Of a stretch of 64,000 nucleotides of DNA, positions 51,101 through 64,000 are shown piece by piece. Made by a program: the position numbers and the translations under genes. Origin of the DNA: Phaeosaccion multiseriatum (Eukaryota > Protista > Ochrophyta, other classes); the NCBI GenBank assembly GCA_965112735.1, contig OZ218957.1, forward strand, positions 2,976,001 to 3,040,000, in the 5' to 3' direction. Positions within the stretch are counted from its first letter, which is position 1, and each line of letters begins with the position of its first letter. The notes under the pieces are model-generated. The model saw only the letters and a list, made by a program, of their open reading frames with translations. It did no database searches and was not told where the DNA came from.

Positions 51101-52713
51101 ATCCTCCTCGAGTTGGTCCACCATTCCGTCGAATTCGTTCTGTGAGGCGAGAGGGGAGGAGAGGGGGAGAGGGGGGGAGAGGTAGAGGGAAAGGGAGGAA
51201 GAGAGGGATGAGAACAAGCACAGCTCACACACACACAACCGCACCCCCAGTCACCCACCCACGCACACACATCCATCCACCCCTCCATCCCCACATAACC
51301 ATTGACTTATGCACCCACCCACACTCCACCCACCCGCACACCCACCCACTGACTTAGACACCTTACCTGGAAGTGCTCTACATCCTTGATGACCTCCTGC
51401 TTGAGAGCCTCAATCTCCCTCTTGGTGCGCTCCTTGGCGTCGTGCATGTGCTGTGTGAGGCGCATCTTCTCCGCACACTCCATCTTGTTGGTGTGCAGCT
51501 CGGACAGGAGGGATCTCTTGGCGTTGAGCTCCGCGAGTCTCTCTCGCCGGAGGCTGTGCAGGCGTACGCATTGCATTGCGGGCCACAGTCAGTCAGTCAG
51601 TCAGTCAGTCAGTCAGTCAGTCATCCAGTCAGTCAGTCAGTCAGTCAGTCAGTCATTCAGTCTATCAGTCTGTCAGTCTGTCAATCAGTCAGTCAGTCGG
51701 CCCATAGGTTACTTTTTAAAAGTTAGAGGCAAGTTGTCAGCCAAGTAGGTAGATAGACAGTCAGTCACTTGGTCAGTCAGTCAGTCAGTCAATCACTCAG
51801 TCAGTCGCTCAGTCAGTGACTTAGTCAGGAGTTAACTTGGCGCGTCCTTGCTTGGCAAAGCAAAGGGTAGCACAGCATCCTCTGTCCTCGCTTCTCACCA
51901 GCAAACTTCCTCCTTCAGCTTGACGTTCTGCGCCTCCACAATGCTATTCTTTGTCAGCGTCTGCTGCAGGCGGTTCTCGACCTTCGAAATGTCTCGCTCC
52001 ACCTCTCCACCCCCCTTCCCCCCACTCCCTCCTTTCCCCGCCCCCCCCCTCCGGCCGCCCCCCGCCCCGCCTCCTGTACCCGCGTGCATGGCCACTTGCT
52101 TTCTCTTCTCGTCGAGCTCCATGGCTGCTCTTCTTAAGCGCTGCGTCATGTTGTCGATGACGTAGCGCTCTCGTTGCACCTTAGTGGTGTAGTGAATTTG
52201 CTGCTCATAAATACGGTCTAGTTCATTGGCGAGGTGCACCGACTTTCGTGTTTAGTAAGGTATGCGTAGAGGAAGGGGGGGAAGAGGAGGAGGAGGAGGA
52301 GGAGGAGGAGGAGGAGGAGGAGGAGGAGAAGGAGAAGGAGAAGGAGGAGGAGAAGGAGGAGGAGGAGAAGGTGGAACAGGATGGGGAGAAAGAGAAGGAC
52401 GAGGAGGTTAGGGGCACCTGGTGGAGGGGACAAGAGTAGCAAAATACGAGACACAGCATCTCTCGCCTTTGCCCCTCACGGTCGTCTACGCATCCCCCCT
52501 TCCATGACCATCTCAGGTCCACTATGATTCACCACAAGGGGCCCCACCCCACACCTGGATGGAGATGATGCTGTTGATTTTCCCATTTCCCGTGTTGTTC
52601 CCGTTTCCCGTCACCATGACCGTAGACTGCCCCTTCGCCCCCGCCCGACCATTGAGTGACGGAAACGTCTCTTGTGACCCGGTGGTGGTCATCACCCCAC
52701 CAAGGGCTGCCAT
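48128..52713 (-). CDS. Outer dynein arm docking complex coiled-coil subunit (ODA1/CCDC114/CCDC63 family)
   Basis: About 10 exons. DISKVENRLQQTLTKNS...NVKLKEEVCCLRRER, FVPVMLEAEEENYALFRLINELNKELEEL, and SIFQKVG...GVTERNIMILLGLIEQ match ODA-DC2 family blocks. Confidence 0.8.
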
Positions 52714-53186
52714 GCTTCCTCGCTGCCTCCAGCAGCGTCCTCTCTCTCGTCATCGACAACGAAACGTCAAACACAGTTTTAGTTTCAGTCTGTGAGGACC
52801 TCTTCCTCGTACAACGGCAAAAAAGATGGAAAGAAGACGCGATAGGCGATAGGGCACGAGAATATTACAGCCTCGCTGTAGACAGGTGCGAGTGAAAGCA
52901 TCAAAGATTTGGTAGGTGCGCGATTCCGGTCCCAATGAGACCAGGAGGCAAAAAAATGAGAGAGAAATCTCCTCTTCTCCCTGCAAAGTGGCTTCGTTCT
53001 TCTCAATCCTCCGTTCTCCCTCCTCTTGCTGTGGATTGCTGCCCTTCGCTCTTCCAAAATCACACCCAAACTCCACCTCCAACTAAAACAAGGACAGGCT
53101 TTGCGATGGTGGTACTATGGCCACGGGGCTGCTAATAGTTAAGGAGTAGAGAGTGAGCCGCGGACAGCAACGCTTAGCAGCGTCCC

Positions 53187-56100
53187 ATGCCCGGGATGCA
53201 GCCGCTCACGGCTCCTGTGCGAGGGGCCACCGGGCAGAGAACCCCCCCAGCGCTGCAGGAGGTGCGGGGCCAGGGGGGGGGCAGTGGGCAGGAGAGCAGC
53301 ACAGCAGAACCTGCGCCACAAGGAAGAGGAGGATCTACGGCTGCAGAAGGCACCGGAGAGGGAGCAACAGCTGCAACAGCAGGAGCAGGAGGAGCAGCAG
53401 CAGCCTCGGGAGGACCGCAGCAGACCACCGCCTCTGGCGACAGCATCATTTTGGAAGAAGAGATCGACCCCAACTACGTACCTACGGGAGACGAGGTGCA
53501 GGAGTATGCCAAGTGGCTCGGTATGGACCTGGAGGATGACACGGATCTCTTTTACATTGCACGGGAGGGTCTCAAGGCCCCCCTGCCCGAGAACTGGAAA
53601 CCCTGCAAGACGGTGGACACGGACGAGATTTACTACTTTAACTTTGCCACGGGAGACAGCACGTGGGACCACCCCTGCGACGAGTACTATCGCAAGCTGT
53701 ACGAGGTGAGGAAGGGAGGGAGGGAGGGAGGGCGAGGGCGGGAGGAGGGAGAGAGAAAAGGGTCCAGCGAGTCCACCACCCGCAGTAGGGTTCCTCCTTG
53801 TCCGTCTCCTCCTCCTACTCCTACTCCCATTTAACCCTTCGCCTTTTCCGCCTCCTGCTGCTGCTGCTGCTGCTGCTGTGTACTGCTGCTGCACTCTCTC
53901 CCTCTTTCTGTTGAATTCCATTTTGCGAAACAACACAGGAGGAAAAGAAGAAAAAGGTGACCGAGGACAAGGCAAAGAATGATAAAGTCAAGCAGCAGGC
54001 CAAGAAAGACGTCGAGCAGCTCCTGGGCAAGTCTTCGACAAAGGGAGGCAGCAAGGACAGCAAAGACGGGGTCAGCGGCGGGACCGGGACCAAGGGGCGG
54101 GGCGGTAGGGAGAATAGTGGGACAGGAGGTCGAAAGAAGAAGAAGGGCAGTAGCAGTGGCGGCGGCGGCGGCGGCGGAGGAGGAGGAGGAGGAGGAGGAG
54201 GAAGCAAGAGAACTCATTCACGCGGCACATCCTCTGGATCCGGGGTAGGAGGGGAGGGAGGGAGGGATGCATCTGTGGGCAGTGGCAGCATCGGCAAGCG
54301 AGGTGGACTGGCAGCGGCACTGGATGGAGACGGATCGGGTGGGGAGTTGGGGTCGCCGCTGACGGCAAGGGGGACTATCTTTGATCGGAAACCACTGCCC
54401 GGAATCGGACGAAAGCTCTCGAATGCCTCGAATGACGATGGTCTGATTGGCGGTAGCGGCTCCGGTCCTCTGCAGCAGCAGCAGCAGCAGCGGGGAGGCA
54501 CGACGACGGAGTATTCGAGTAGTGAGGAGGGCTCTCCGCAGTCCGGTAGAGGGAGGGAGGACGGGGCCAGCAGACGAAGAAGGAGGAGAAGAAAAGAATC
54601 AAATCGTGAAAGAAGTAGTAGTAGTAGTCGAAGTCGAACCCGGGACGGGAATGAAGGAGGAGAGGCCAAGACGAAAGAGAAGGACGAAGGAAGTGGCATG
54701 AGGGCACATGGAGGAGGGCGCGGCACCCAATCACCCATTCCAGGCCTAAAAAGAAGAGGAGGAGGAGGAGGAGGAGGAGGAGGAGGAGAGAGCGGAGGAG
54801 CAGTTGCCAGCGGTGATGGACTGGAGGAAGAAAAGGCCAAGCTCCTGCGTCAGCTCCAAGAGGCCAAACGAGAGATGGCCAGGGAGCTGGAGGATGCCAA
54901 ACAGAGCCACCAGGTGAGGGTGGTGTGCGGTAGGGTAGAGTTAGGGGAGGGGAGGGGAGAGGGAGGGGGTGCGTCTCAACAGCAGCTACAATACATGCAT
55001 GATGGCATGTTTGGAATATTTGGATCGATGGATGGATGGATGGAAAGAATTATAGTTCATTTTGAATTTTGTTCTAAACCAGTTATAATGTTCGGCGGTG
55101 TGACTTACGTGTATCCGTCTGCCTACCTGCCCATGTGCCTGCCCACAGGCTGAGCTAGAGATGCTGCAAGAGCTTCACTCCAAGGAGATGGATAATGAAG
55201 AGAAGAAGCACAGGGCCAACAGCACCAGGGCCAAGCGAGACAGGCACCGCCGCCTGGAAGAAGAGATGGAGGTATGGCCGGCAGACAGACAGACAGACAG
55301 ACAGACAGACAGGATCGAGGGGGAGGAGGAGGTGGAGGAGTGGAGGGCAGAGGTTGCGACCCCACCCACCTGTCTAGTATTAACTTACTAACGAACGAAC
55401 ACCTCAATGCACACACGCACCCACGCCTCAGGAGCTGGAGCACGAGTGGCGAGAGAAGCTCGAGAGCGAGACCAGGGAGTGCAAAAGGACACACACGAGG
55501 GCCATGGAGGCGCTTGAACAGGAGACGAGGAGGACGGAGCGAGTCACACGGGACAGAAAGAAGGACGCAGAGAGAGAGCTTCAGCGCCTGGAGGAGGAGT
55601 GGGAGGAAGACCTGGCAAAGGCCAAGAGGCGGAGGGGAACAGCGTTTGCTGTAGCGGGAGGGGCAGGGGGTGATGCAAGTGGTGGTGGTGGTGGTGGTAA
55701 TGGTCCCTTGCTTGAGTCTTTGCGGCTTGAGCTCAAGGCAGCAGAGAGCCGAGTGAGCGAGATGGAAGCAGAGCTGAAGGAGGCGTGGAGTAGTCGTAGG
55801 TACGGTAGCGGAGATGGAGGACAAGAGCAAGACGGAGGAGGAGGAAGTGGTGGTGGTGGTGAACGATCACCCGGCGCAGGAGGAGGAGGCTCGTCCGCCA
55901 ACAAAAAGGTGTTGGAGGAGGCCCTGGCAACCGCCAGGAACCTCCGGGGGGAAATGAAGCTCCTGCAAGAGGACAATAAGGACTTGAGTCGTCGCCTACG
56001 TCTCGCGAATGAGCGGGAAGATGAAGCCTTCGACCGGGGTACTGCTGCTGCTTCCTCTGGCTCTGGCTCCTCCGGGCCCGGGCAGGAGGCTGCAGTGGAA

Positions 56101-59100
56101 TCGGTGGAATTGCAGCGGCAAGTGCGTGGTCTGGAGAGGGAGGTGGAGGAGTGGCAAGACAAGCACAGGAAAGCGGAGAGGGAGGCAGCGCAGGCTGTGG
56201 AGAGGGTACAGAGGCTGGAGAAGGCCGTCGGGGATGGCGAGCGGCGAGAGGACGCGCTTAGAGCGAAGGAGCGAAGAATGGGGTCTACTCTGCTGGGCTT
56301 AGAGGCCAAGGTGGCTGTCAAGGAGGCAGCACTGCGGAGGGCAGAGGCCCAGGCATCTAGCAGCGGTAGCGGTAGCAGCAGTGGCAGTGGTGGAAGCAAT
56401 GGCATGAGCAATGGCCATGTTGCTGAAGAGAAGACCGCGGACCCCTCTGCTGCTGCTGCTGCTGCTGGTGGTACTGCTTCTTCTTCTTCCTCCCCTCGAG
56501 GAGATCGTGCGAAGCGTGGCGGCGCAAAGGCAAGCAGCGGGGATGATGATGAAAACCTGGGAGGAGGAGCAGGAGGAGGAGGAAGGGTGACAGAGGCAGA
56601 AGAGAAGGTTGTTGCCCTTGAGGCGAGGCTCGCAGTGCTAGACAGGCAACTGCACGAGGCGCGACAAGCGGCGGGGGAGGCGGAGAGCAGCGCTCTGGTG
56701 AAGGACAGAGAAGCCACGAAGCTCCAGATGGCAGCCGATGAGGTGACGGCAAGCGAGGTCAGGCTGAGGCAAGACCTTAAGGCAGCCATGGTCAGAGAGA
56801 GGGCGATGAGGGACGAGTTGGAGAGTGTTCATGAGGCGGTGGGGGACAAGAGGGTGCAGGTGGAGCGGTTAGAGACAAAGTGCACCACTGCTGAGCACAA
56901 GTTGGCCACTGCCCTAGGTGACAAGGAGCGCCTTGAAGCGGAGGTGGAGCGGTTGGTAGTACAGCAGCAGGAAGAGCAGGAGCACCAACAGCAACGGAGG
57001 GAGGGGGAGGAGAAGCAGGGGGAACAGAAACAGCAGCAGGAGCAGCAACGAGAGGGAGGAGATGGTGATGGTGATGAGAGCAGTGACACGGAAATGGTGA
57101 AAGAGCTCCGCAGCGAGGTGCAACAGCTGAGAAACCAGCTTGCCAAGGCAGAGGGAGAGGCAGCACGTGCTTCTGCAGAGGTGGATGGCCTCAGAATAGA
57201 GGTAAGTTTCTACTCCCCTCCTCCCTTCCTATGTGCCCTGTGATACTGTGAATGAATGACCCATCATTCTCTTTGCAGCCCTCGTCTCCTTCCTACTCCT
57301 CTAACCCCACGCTCCCTCCCATGTCCCTCCCTCGCACCCCACCCCTCCCTTCCCCCCCAACCCCCCCGAAGGTTGAACGACTCGGCGAGGAGCTGAGTAA
57401 GGCCCGTGCTCACAGCGCCGCCCTCGAGAGCAAGGGCAGAGCTCAAAAGCACGAGATAGCCTTGCTCAAGGCCAGTCTCGAGGGTCTAGAGACAGACTTG
57501 GAAGGCGCGAGGAGGAGGGAAGCCAACGCCGTGAGAGATCACATGGGCGCAAAGAGCGATGCAGTCCAGACCAACGTGAGGCTGCAAGCAGAACTCCGAG
57601 AAGCCAAGGCCGAGGCTGCGGCTGCCGCGGCTGCTCTGCTCACCTCGACAACGCAGCAGAAGGAGGAGGAGGAGGAGAAGGATACGGAGAGTTGGAAAGC
57701 CCCTGGTGCTAGCGGTGGTGGTGGTGGTGGTGGTGGTGGTGGCGGTGACTCCGTTTTGTTGGCCAAATTGCAGCGTGAGGCCGACGAGAAGGGCGATGAA
57801 GTGGCGCGATTGGAGATGGAGCTGGCGCATCAGCAGCAGGAACTGAGCCTCTCCAAGCAGCAGGTGCAGCGCTTGCAGGGAAGCCTGAAGGAGGCCATGG
57901 ATCGTAGCGTGGCGGTTGCGGGGGCGGCGGCAGAGGCAGCCGCTGCTGCTCCTACTGCTGCTGCTGGTGCTGCCGCTGCGGGGGGAGGAGCATCAGCAGC
58001 GTTAGCATCAGCGACAGCAGCTGCCGAGGAGGAGGTGGAGGAGGAGGAAGAGAGCGTGGGCGACGAAGTGCATTCCATAGGCAGCGATGACATGGGGAGC
58101 AGCCAAGACACAGGAACAGGAACCAGCTTAGTGAAGAGAGGAGGGGGAGGAGGAGGTCCGGGTGGGGAGGAGGAGAAGAGGAAGAAGGAAGCGATGAGTG
58201 GGGGTGTGGAAACCGAAGCAGAGGTGCTGGAGCTTAAGGAGAAGCTCTTCCGCTCGGAGCAGACGGCCGAGGAGTGGAAGGAAGCCAAAGAACTCGCCGA
58301 GGCGGCGGGGAGGGCCGCTGTGGACAAGCTCAGCCACTCCTCTCGCCTCGAGAAGGGGGCCCTCGAGAGGAGGGTGGAGGAGCTTTGCAGCGCCAAGGAC
58401 AAGTTGCAGGTGCGTGCGTGCGTGCGTGCGTGTGGGCGTGTGTTTGCGTCCGTGTAGGGGTCTGGTTCTGCCACGTGGAGTGTGCTCATGTGTGTGTGTG
58501 TGTCTGTGTGTTTTGAGTGTGTGGAAGCATGGCTTGGTAGGTGTCTTTGGGTGTTTCCCCGTCCGCCGTGTTGTGTCTCTCCACTCTGACTCTTAATGAT
58601 TGCCCGCCCATGAGTTTTTTTAACCATTCGTTTTGTCTCTTCTTCTTCTTCTTCTTCTTCTTCTTCTTCTTCTTCTTCTTCTTCTTCTTCTTCTTCTTCT
58701 TCTTCTTCTTCTCCTCTTCCTCCTTCTCCTCCTCAAAAGACGAGCTTGCGTAAGCTCCAGACAGAGCTCCAGGAGGCCCAGCGCGAGGAGACAGGGGCGC
58801 GAACTGAGCGGGACCTGCTGGAGGAGGAGCTCAAGAGACTTCGATCGGACAAGACGAAGGTGGACAATGCCGCTCTGACTGCCAAGGAGGTGAGCGGGTG
58901 GGGGGGATGGCAGGATATGGCAGGAGATGGAAAGGGGGGCAGTAGCGATAGTTCGGCGGAGAATATGGAGGGGAAGCGGTAGCCCACACACTCAAACACA
59001 TGCACACACACACACGCACACACACGTGACCTCTAACAGGAGCTTTTGACGGAGCAAGACCGCTGTCGGGGCCTCAAGAGGGAGCTCGACGGGGTGACGA

Positions 59101-62006
59101 CAAGGCTTCGGATGGTGGAGGCGGAGGGCGCTTACCTCACGCAAAGCGTCGAGCAGGCGGAGGCAGATGCAAGGGAGGGTGGGAAGAAGAGGGACGCACT
59201 TCGGGCCACGGCGGACCAGGCCTTGGCGAGTGAGAGGCAAGTCAAGAGGGAGAAGGAGGAGCTGGAGGCGAAGCTGGAGGCCAAACTGGAGAGTGAGGGG
59301 CGGCTCAAGAGGGAGAAGGAGGAGCTGGAAACCAAGCTTGAGAGGGCGTTGGAGAAGCTGAGGGAGGGCTTGGCGAACAGGCGACGCTCTCCGTCACCTT
59401 CACCGTCCAAGTCTTTGGCGGCGGTAGGAGGAGAAGGAGGGGGGGCGGAGGGGCAGCAGCAACAGTCGGCAGTCGCTCAAGTGGCCATGTTGGAGACGCG
59501 GATCATGTCGCTGGAGGCCCGAGTGACGAGACTCAGCAAAGAGAGAGATGCTCTGGCAGAGAAGGGGGAGGCACTGCAGCAGGCACTGGACGCTGCCACA
59601 GCGGCGGCGGCTGCGGCTGTATCACCAACTGCTGTGTCTAGCCGGTTATCGCCAGGGAGAGATGGCAACAGAGGCCGTCATGGCGAGGCTTCTGCTGCTG
59701 CGAGTGGTCCTACAGTCGTCGACAGGAGGGGACCCGCGGAAGACGAGGAGGAGGAGGTGGTGGCGAAGGGGAGTGACGAGGAAGAGAGGCGTGGGTCAGA
59801 AGAAGGTAACATGGTGTGTGGAGGCGGAAAGAGCAACCAGGAGGAGCAGGAGGAACAGGAGGAGGAGGAGGAGGGAGGGAACAACTCCAGCAGCGTGGAG
59901 GGCGGGGAAGATCTGGCAGCGGTGCTAATTCAGAGACTCATGAGGGCTGATGACGGGCGGAACGGGCGGAAGAGCGGCAGAAATGGAGGAGGTAGTGCGG
60001 GCCTACTGCGGGGTCTGGGCACACCTGCCAGCGGAGGGGGCAGAGGGAGGAGGGAGGGTAGTGGAGGTGGCAGTAAAGAGCAAGGCTTCGAGAGCAAGTG
60101 GGCGGCGAAGCTGGCGTCCGAGCAGCGCCTGCTTGCGCTGGCTCGCGAGATGGTGATTCAGCAGAAGGAACGGGTCAAGCGTCGCCAAGCGGTGCTGAAG
60201 GAGTGCCAAGAGGAGTGGCGCAAACAGCGGCGCTCGGTGTGTGCAGAAGAGGGTGAAGAACAGGGAAGACATGGCAGAGATGGCAGCGGCAGAAGCAGCA
60301 ACAGCAGCAACGACCGCAGTAAGAGGCAGGCCAGAGCCTGGGAGGAGCTCGACCGAGCCAAGTCACAGTTGGATGAGGAAATCGTGGGCGTTAATGCGCT
60401 AGTGGACCAGTTGGAGGAGAACACGCGCTGGCTGAACGAGCGGGAGAAGAAGGTGGAGAGATTGGAATCGTTGCTCAACCGTGGCAGCGCAAGTAGCAGC
60501 GGTGGTGGCAGTGGCGGCAGCGGTGGCAGTGACCACGGCACCGCCATCCATGAGCAGCAGGCACGGTGGCTGGCGGCTCCTCCGTCTCCCATGCTACACG
60601 CAGAGCTGGGCGAAGACTTCAGATTGTATGGTGTGCGAGAAGCAGGGGGTGGTCCTGAGGAATCGGAGCAAGATGAAGAGATGGAGGACGAAGAGGAAGG
60701 TGAAGCGGGAGATGACTTCCCCTCCATGAAGACGTGGGGATTACGACAGGGCGGTAGTAGCAGCAGCAGCAGAAGGAGGAGCAGGAGGAGAGATCGAGAG
60801 AGTAGCCACAACAGGAGAAGGCAGAGGCAGCGACAGCCGTTCGAGCAGCTGTATCCACAACAGGCGTCGTCCCCATCCACCCAGCCATGGCAGCAGCAGC
60901 AGCATCAACCCATGTCCATGCCCATGTATGCTCCCCCGCAGTTCGCGCAGACGATGCTCCAGCAGCAGCAGCAACAGCAGCAACGCCCGTACTTCCCGGC
61001 CTATGCCAGCATGCCAGGAGGATACCCCAGCGCCAGCGAGACTGGCCATCTCCCAGTGCCGCAGCAGCAGCAGCAGCAGCAGTCGTTTGGTGCCCCCCCC
61101 CCGCCCCTGCCTCATCATCATCATCATCATCACCCTCCTCCACACCTGATGGAAACGGCTCAGCAGTATCGGGAGCAGCAGTACCGGGAGAATGCTCACA
61201 GCGCAAACGGGTACTACGGCAGCTATCCCCGCCCCACCAGCTACCTCCCACAGGAGGACATGGAAGGATTGGAAAAGGACTTGGAGGGCTGGCTGGAGCG
61301 ACTCCGCTCGAGCCACAGTAGCCACAGAGGAGGGGGCGGTGGTGGTGGTGGTGGTGGAGGAGGAGGAGGAGGAGGAGGAGGAGGAGGAGGAGGAGGAGGA
61401 GGAGGAGGAGGAGGAGGGCACGCGTTGGCTGTCCCGGAACAGGAAGGGGAGGGAGGAAGCGGCATGGTCGCACCAGAGCCAGGAGTGCTTGACGATGGGG
61501 GGAGGGATGGCGGAGGTGGGGCTGCTGTCAGCAGGATGAAGGCGAGTAGCAGCAGCAGCAGCAGCAGGACCCGGGGGGGGTCAACTTCTACTACTACTAC
61601 TACTACCCAGGGCCTGTTTCCTGCGAGTAGTGGTAGAGTAGGCGGAGGAGGAGGACGAGGAGGAGGAATGGTAGGGTCTTCGCAGGACATTCAGAGGTGG
61701 ACATCGGAGCGTAACACGGCTCACAAGGCTGTGGGGAAGCACGTGGACTGGCTCAACGCCCTCCAAGTGGAGATGGGGTCCCATCCCTTTGGTCGCATGA
61801 GCAGCAACTGCAATGTTGGCATCAGCCAGGGCAGTGGTAGCGGTAGCAGCACTAGCACCAGGGGCATCAGTAGCAGTAGTAGTAGCAGTGGCAGCGCAGC
61901 AGTTGGTCATACAGGCGGAGTGGGTGCCGCCACTGTGATGCTCACCAAGCTCGCGGCGGAGATGACGATGGTCGCGGACGGCATCGTCACGCCCCTTCCT
62001 GTTTAA
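53187..62006 (+). CDS. CEP164: CEP164-like WW-domain coiled-coil centriolar protein
   Basis: N-terminal ILEEEIDPNYVPT..EVQEYAKWLGMD...IAREGLKAPLPENWKPC...IYYFNFATGDSTWDHPCDEYYR is the CEP164 signature. Long coiled coils follow across about 8 exons. Orthology rests on the N-terminal block only. Confidence 0.8.
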
Positions 62007-62194
62007 GGTGTACTAAACTATGTTTTTTTCTCCCTCTCTTCTTTCTCTCTGGCCTACTGTACTTTTTTTTTATTCCCAAAAAACATTCCTTCATTTTAGA
62101 ATGGTAAGGCTAACGATTGTGTAACGGCGAATAGGACGGGAGAGGTGCTCCCCCTCTATGGTCTACACAGTCGCTCTCCCACACATCATCCACA

Positions 62195-62334
62195 TCATCC
62201 TGTCTCCCACCCTTGATCCCCCCCCCGCCGACTTGGCGCCGCTGCTACATCACCAGCTGCCGCACGCTGTCGTCGTCGTCGTCCTCCTCCTCCTCCTCCT
62301 CCTCCTCCTCCTCCTCCTCCTCCTCCTCCTCCTC

Positions 62335-62371
<37 letters not shown>

Positions 62372-62790
62372 TCCTCCTCCTGCTGCTGCTCCTCCTCTTC
62401 CTCCTCCTCCTCCTCCCCTCCTCTCTCGCAGCACTTCCCTATGCACGAGCCTGTTGGCCGCCTCCACTCGCTCCACTTCCATGCCCAGACTCTCCGGCCT
62501 CACCCTTAACCTGACCCTCCTGCTGTGACCCCAACCTGCTGATGTATCACCAACTTGTGCGGCTGCTACTCCTCCACCTCCCGACTCCAGGTAGGCGGAG
62601 GTCCCATTCAGCAGCACGTGGCACACGAACGGGTTATCCGCCAGCCTCACGCCGAAGGCCTCTTCAACCGCCGGTGGAAGGCTGGAGAGGACGAAGGTGA
62701 GGTCGTCAGCCATCTTACTGACATAGTTTCTATTGCCAAAGAGGAACGCCTGCTGATGCTCCTGCTGCCCCGGCTGCCACTGCCGCCGCC

Positions 62791-62821
<31 letters not shown>

Positions 62822-63783
62822 TCGTATGCCTTGTGCTTCTCGCCATTCTGTAACTGCCTCAGTGACCTGCACGCTGATTCTCCGAAAGATGCCGAGGAGG
62901 TTGAGCAACTCAGGCATGATGATCTCTGTTTCCGCCTCTCGGGCCTCTGCCTCCCCCTCGAGCTCGGATGCGTTCCCCTTTGAAGCGCACAAACGGATGG
63001 TGGCGATCTGGTAGCACAGAGGGGTGAGGGGATTAATGAAGGGAGAGGAGCATGTTTTCCCAAATGGGTCGGCCAGAGAATGACACCACAGTAGGGGCGG
63101 AAAGTGAGTACCGGAGGTTCCCGCCCCCAACCTATCCCAGCTTGGGTGTCTGGGTGGGTACGAGGCACCGCCTTGAGCTTCAGCAGATTAGTGGTCGGTG
63201 GTTGAGTGGGGGGCGACGTGGGGGGGCGACAAGTTCATTCAATTCCGCTTACCTGTATTTGCTCCAGATAACTCTCCCGGAGCAGAATCCACTTCATCAC
63301 CTGCACTTCGCTTCCCGCTACAGCTGTGCTCCTTACGGCGTTGTCGGTACGCCTTCCTCCCTCTTCCTGCTGCTGCGGCTGCTTCTTATCCTGCTGTTTC
63401 TCTTTCCGCTTGTGCTGCAGCTGCTTCCCCTGCGTCCTCTCGTCTGAGCTGTGCCATTGATCGGCAGCTCCACGCCCGCTACTCTCCCCCCGAGTGGTCC
63501 CTTGCTGCCCATGACCCACACCCACTGGCAGGCTTCGTCTCCTTCTTCGTCGATGCTCTCCCCCCGCTTTCCTCTTGGTCGCGTCTTCCCCTTCGCCCTC
63601 TTTCCCCTCTCCCCGGTGCCCCCTTCGTGGCGGCGGGGACTGTGGCTGCGACTGCTGCGGCACATGCTGCTGCGCGGTCTTCGACTTCTGTCTCTGCGGC
63701 TTCTTTGCTCGGGTGTTGCGCTGCTTCTCGGGAAGAGGAGGGTCGAATGGCGCCGAGACGAAGCGCAGCGCCTCGAACCGCAT
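62195..63783 (-). CDS. Conserved hypothetical protein (2 exons)
   Basis: Exon 63783-~63254 splices to ~63008-62195, giving a non-repetitive core EVQVMKWILLRESYLEQIQ...LLGIFRRISVQVTEAVTEWR...FLFGNRNYVSKMADDLTFV...GVRLADNPF. The 3' end is uncertain. Confidence 0.65.
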
Positions 63784-64000
63784 TTTACATTTTAACGATT
63801 ACGAGGCACTCGTTACTTTTAGACAGTACAGATGGCACCAGAGGAGATGACCAATTACCAATTACAACCGCGGATCATGGCACAGTAAGATGAAGGTGTG
63901 TGTGAGCAGAGAGGGAGGACTCATATGCATATAACCTTCAGGGCCTTCCTCCCTCTTTTCCCTTGTGCCTTCCCTCTTTCATGCGCTGCCTTTTGCCTGC

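Overview
Eukaryotic nuclear DNA from an intron-rich, GC-rich, microsatellite-laden genome. It is most likely a flagellated photosynthetic stramenopile (ochrophyte): two genes carry signal peptide + (A)F plastid presequences followed by twin-arginine thylakoid motifs, and there are outer-dynein-arm docking and CEP164 genes. By joining exons at GT/GC-AG sites I reconstructed 14 protein-coding genes and one pseudogene. In order: patatin-like phospholipase (5' part missing), JMJD8-like JmjC+TPR, UBAP2/Lingerer-like, class I/II aminotransferase, intronless F-box-like/ankyrin gene plus an inverted decayed paralogue, choline/ethanolamine kinase, uncharacterised thylakoid-lumen protein, MICU-like EF-hand protein, a 17-exon 4-TM protein with two tandem sensor domains, Prune/PPX exopolyphosphatase, LCMT1, ODA-DC subunit, CEP164-like and a conserved hypothetical. 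From 1945 onward the genes alternate strands strictly and form six head-to-head pairs. Best leads: (1) a 4-TM receptor-like protein with two copies of a cyanobacterial chemoreceptor-type extracellular domain and no output domain; (2) a choline/ethanolamine kinase with an apparent thylakoid-lumen presequence; (3) an 11-mer, GTTGGTGATAC, seen 13 times exactly in exons and at splice sites; (4) introns with G-rich 5' and C-rich 3' halves; (5) a MITE and short retroelement-like remnants. Family assignments come from motif recall, not database searches. Most long ORFs in the supplied track are shadows of microsatellites.
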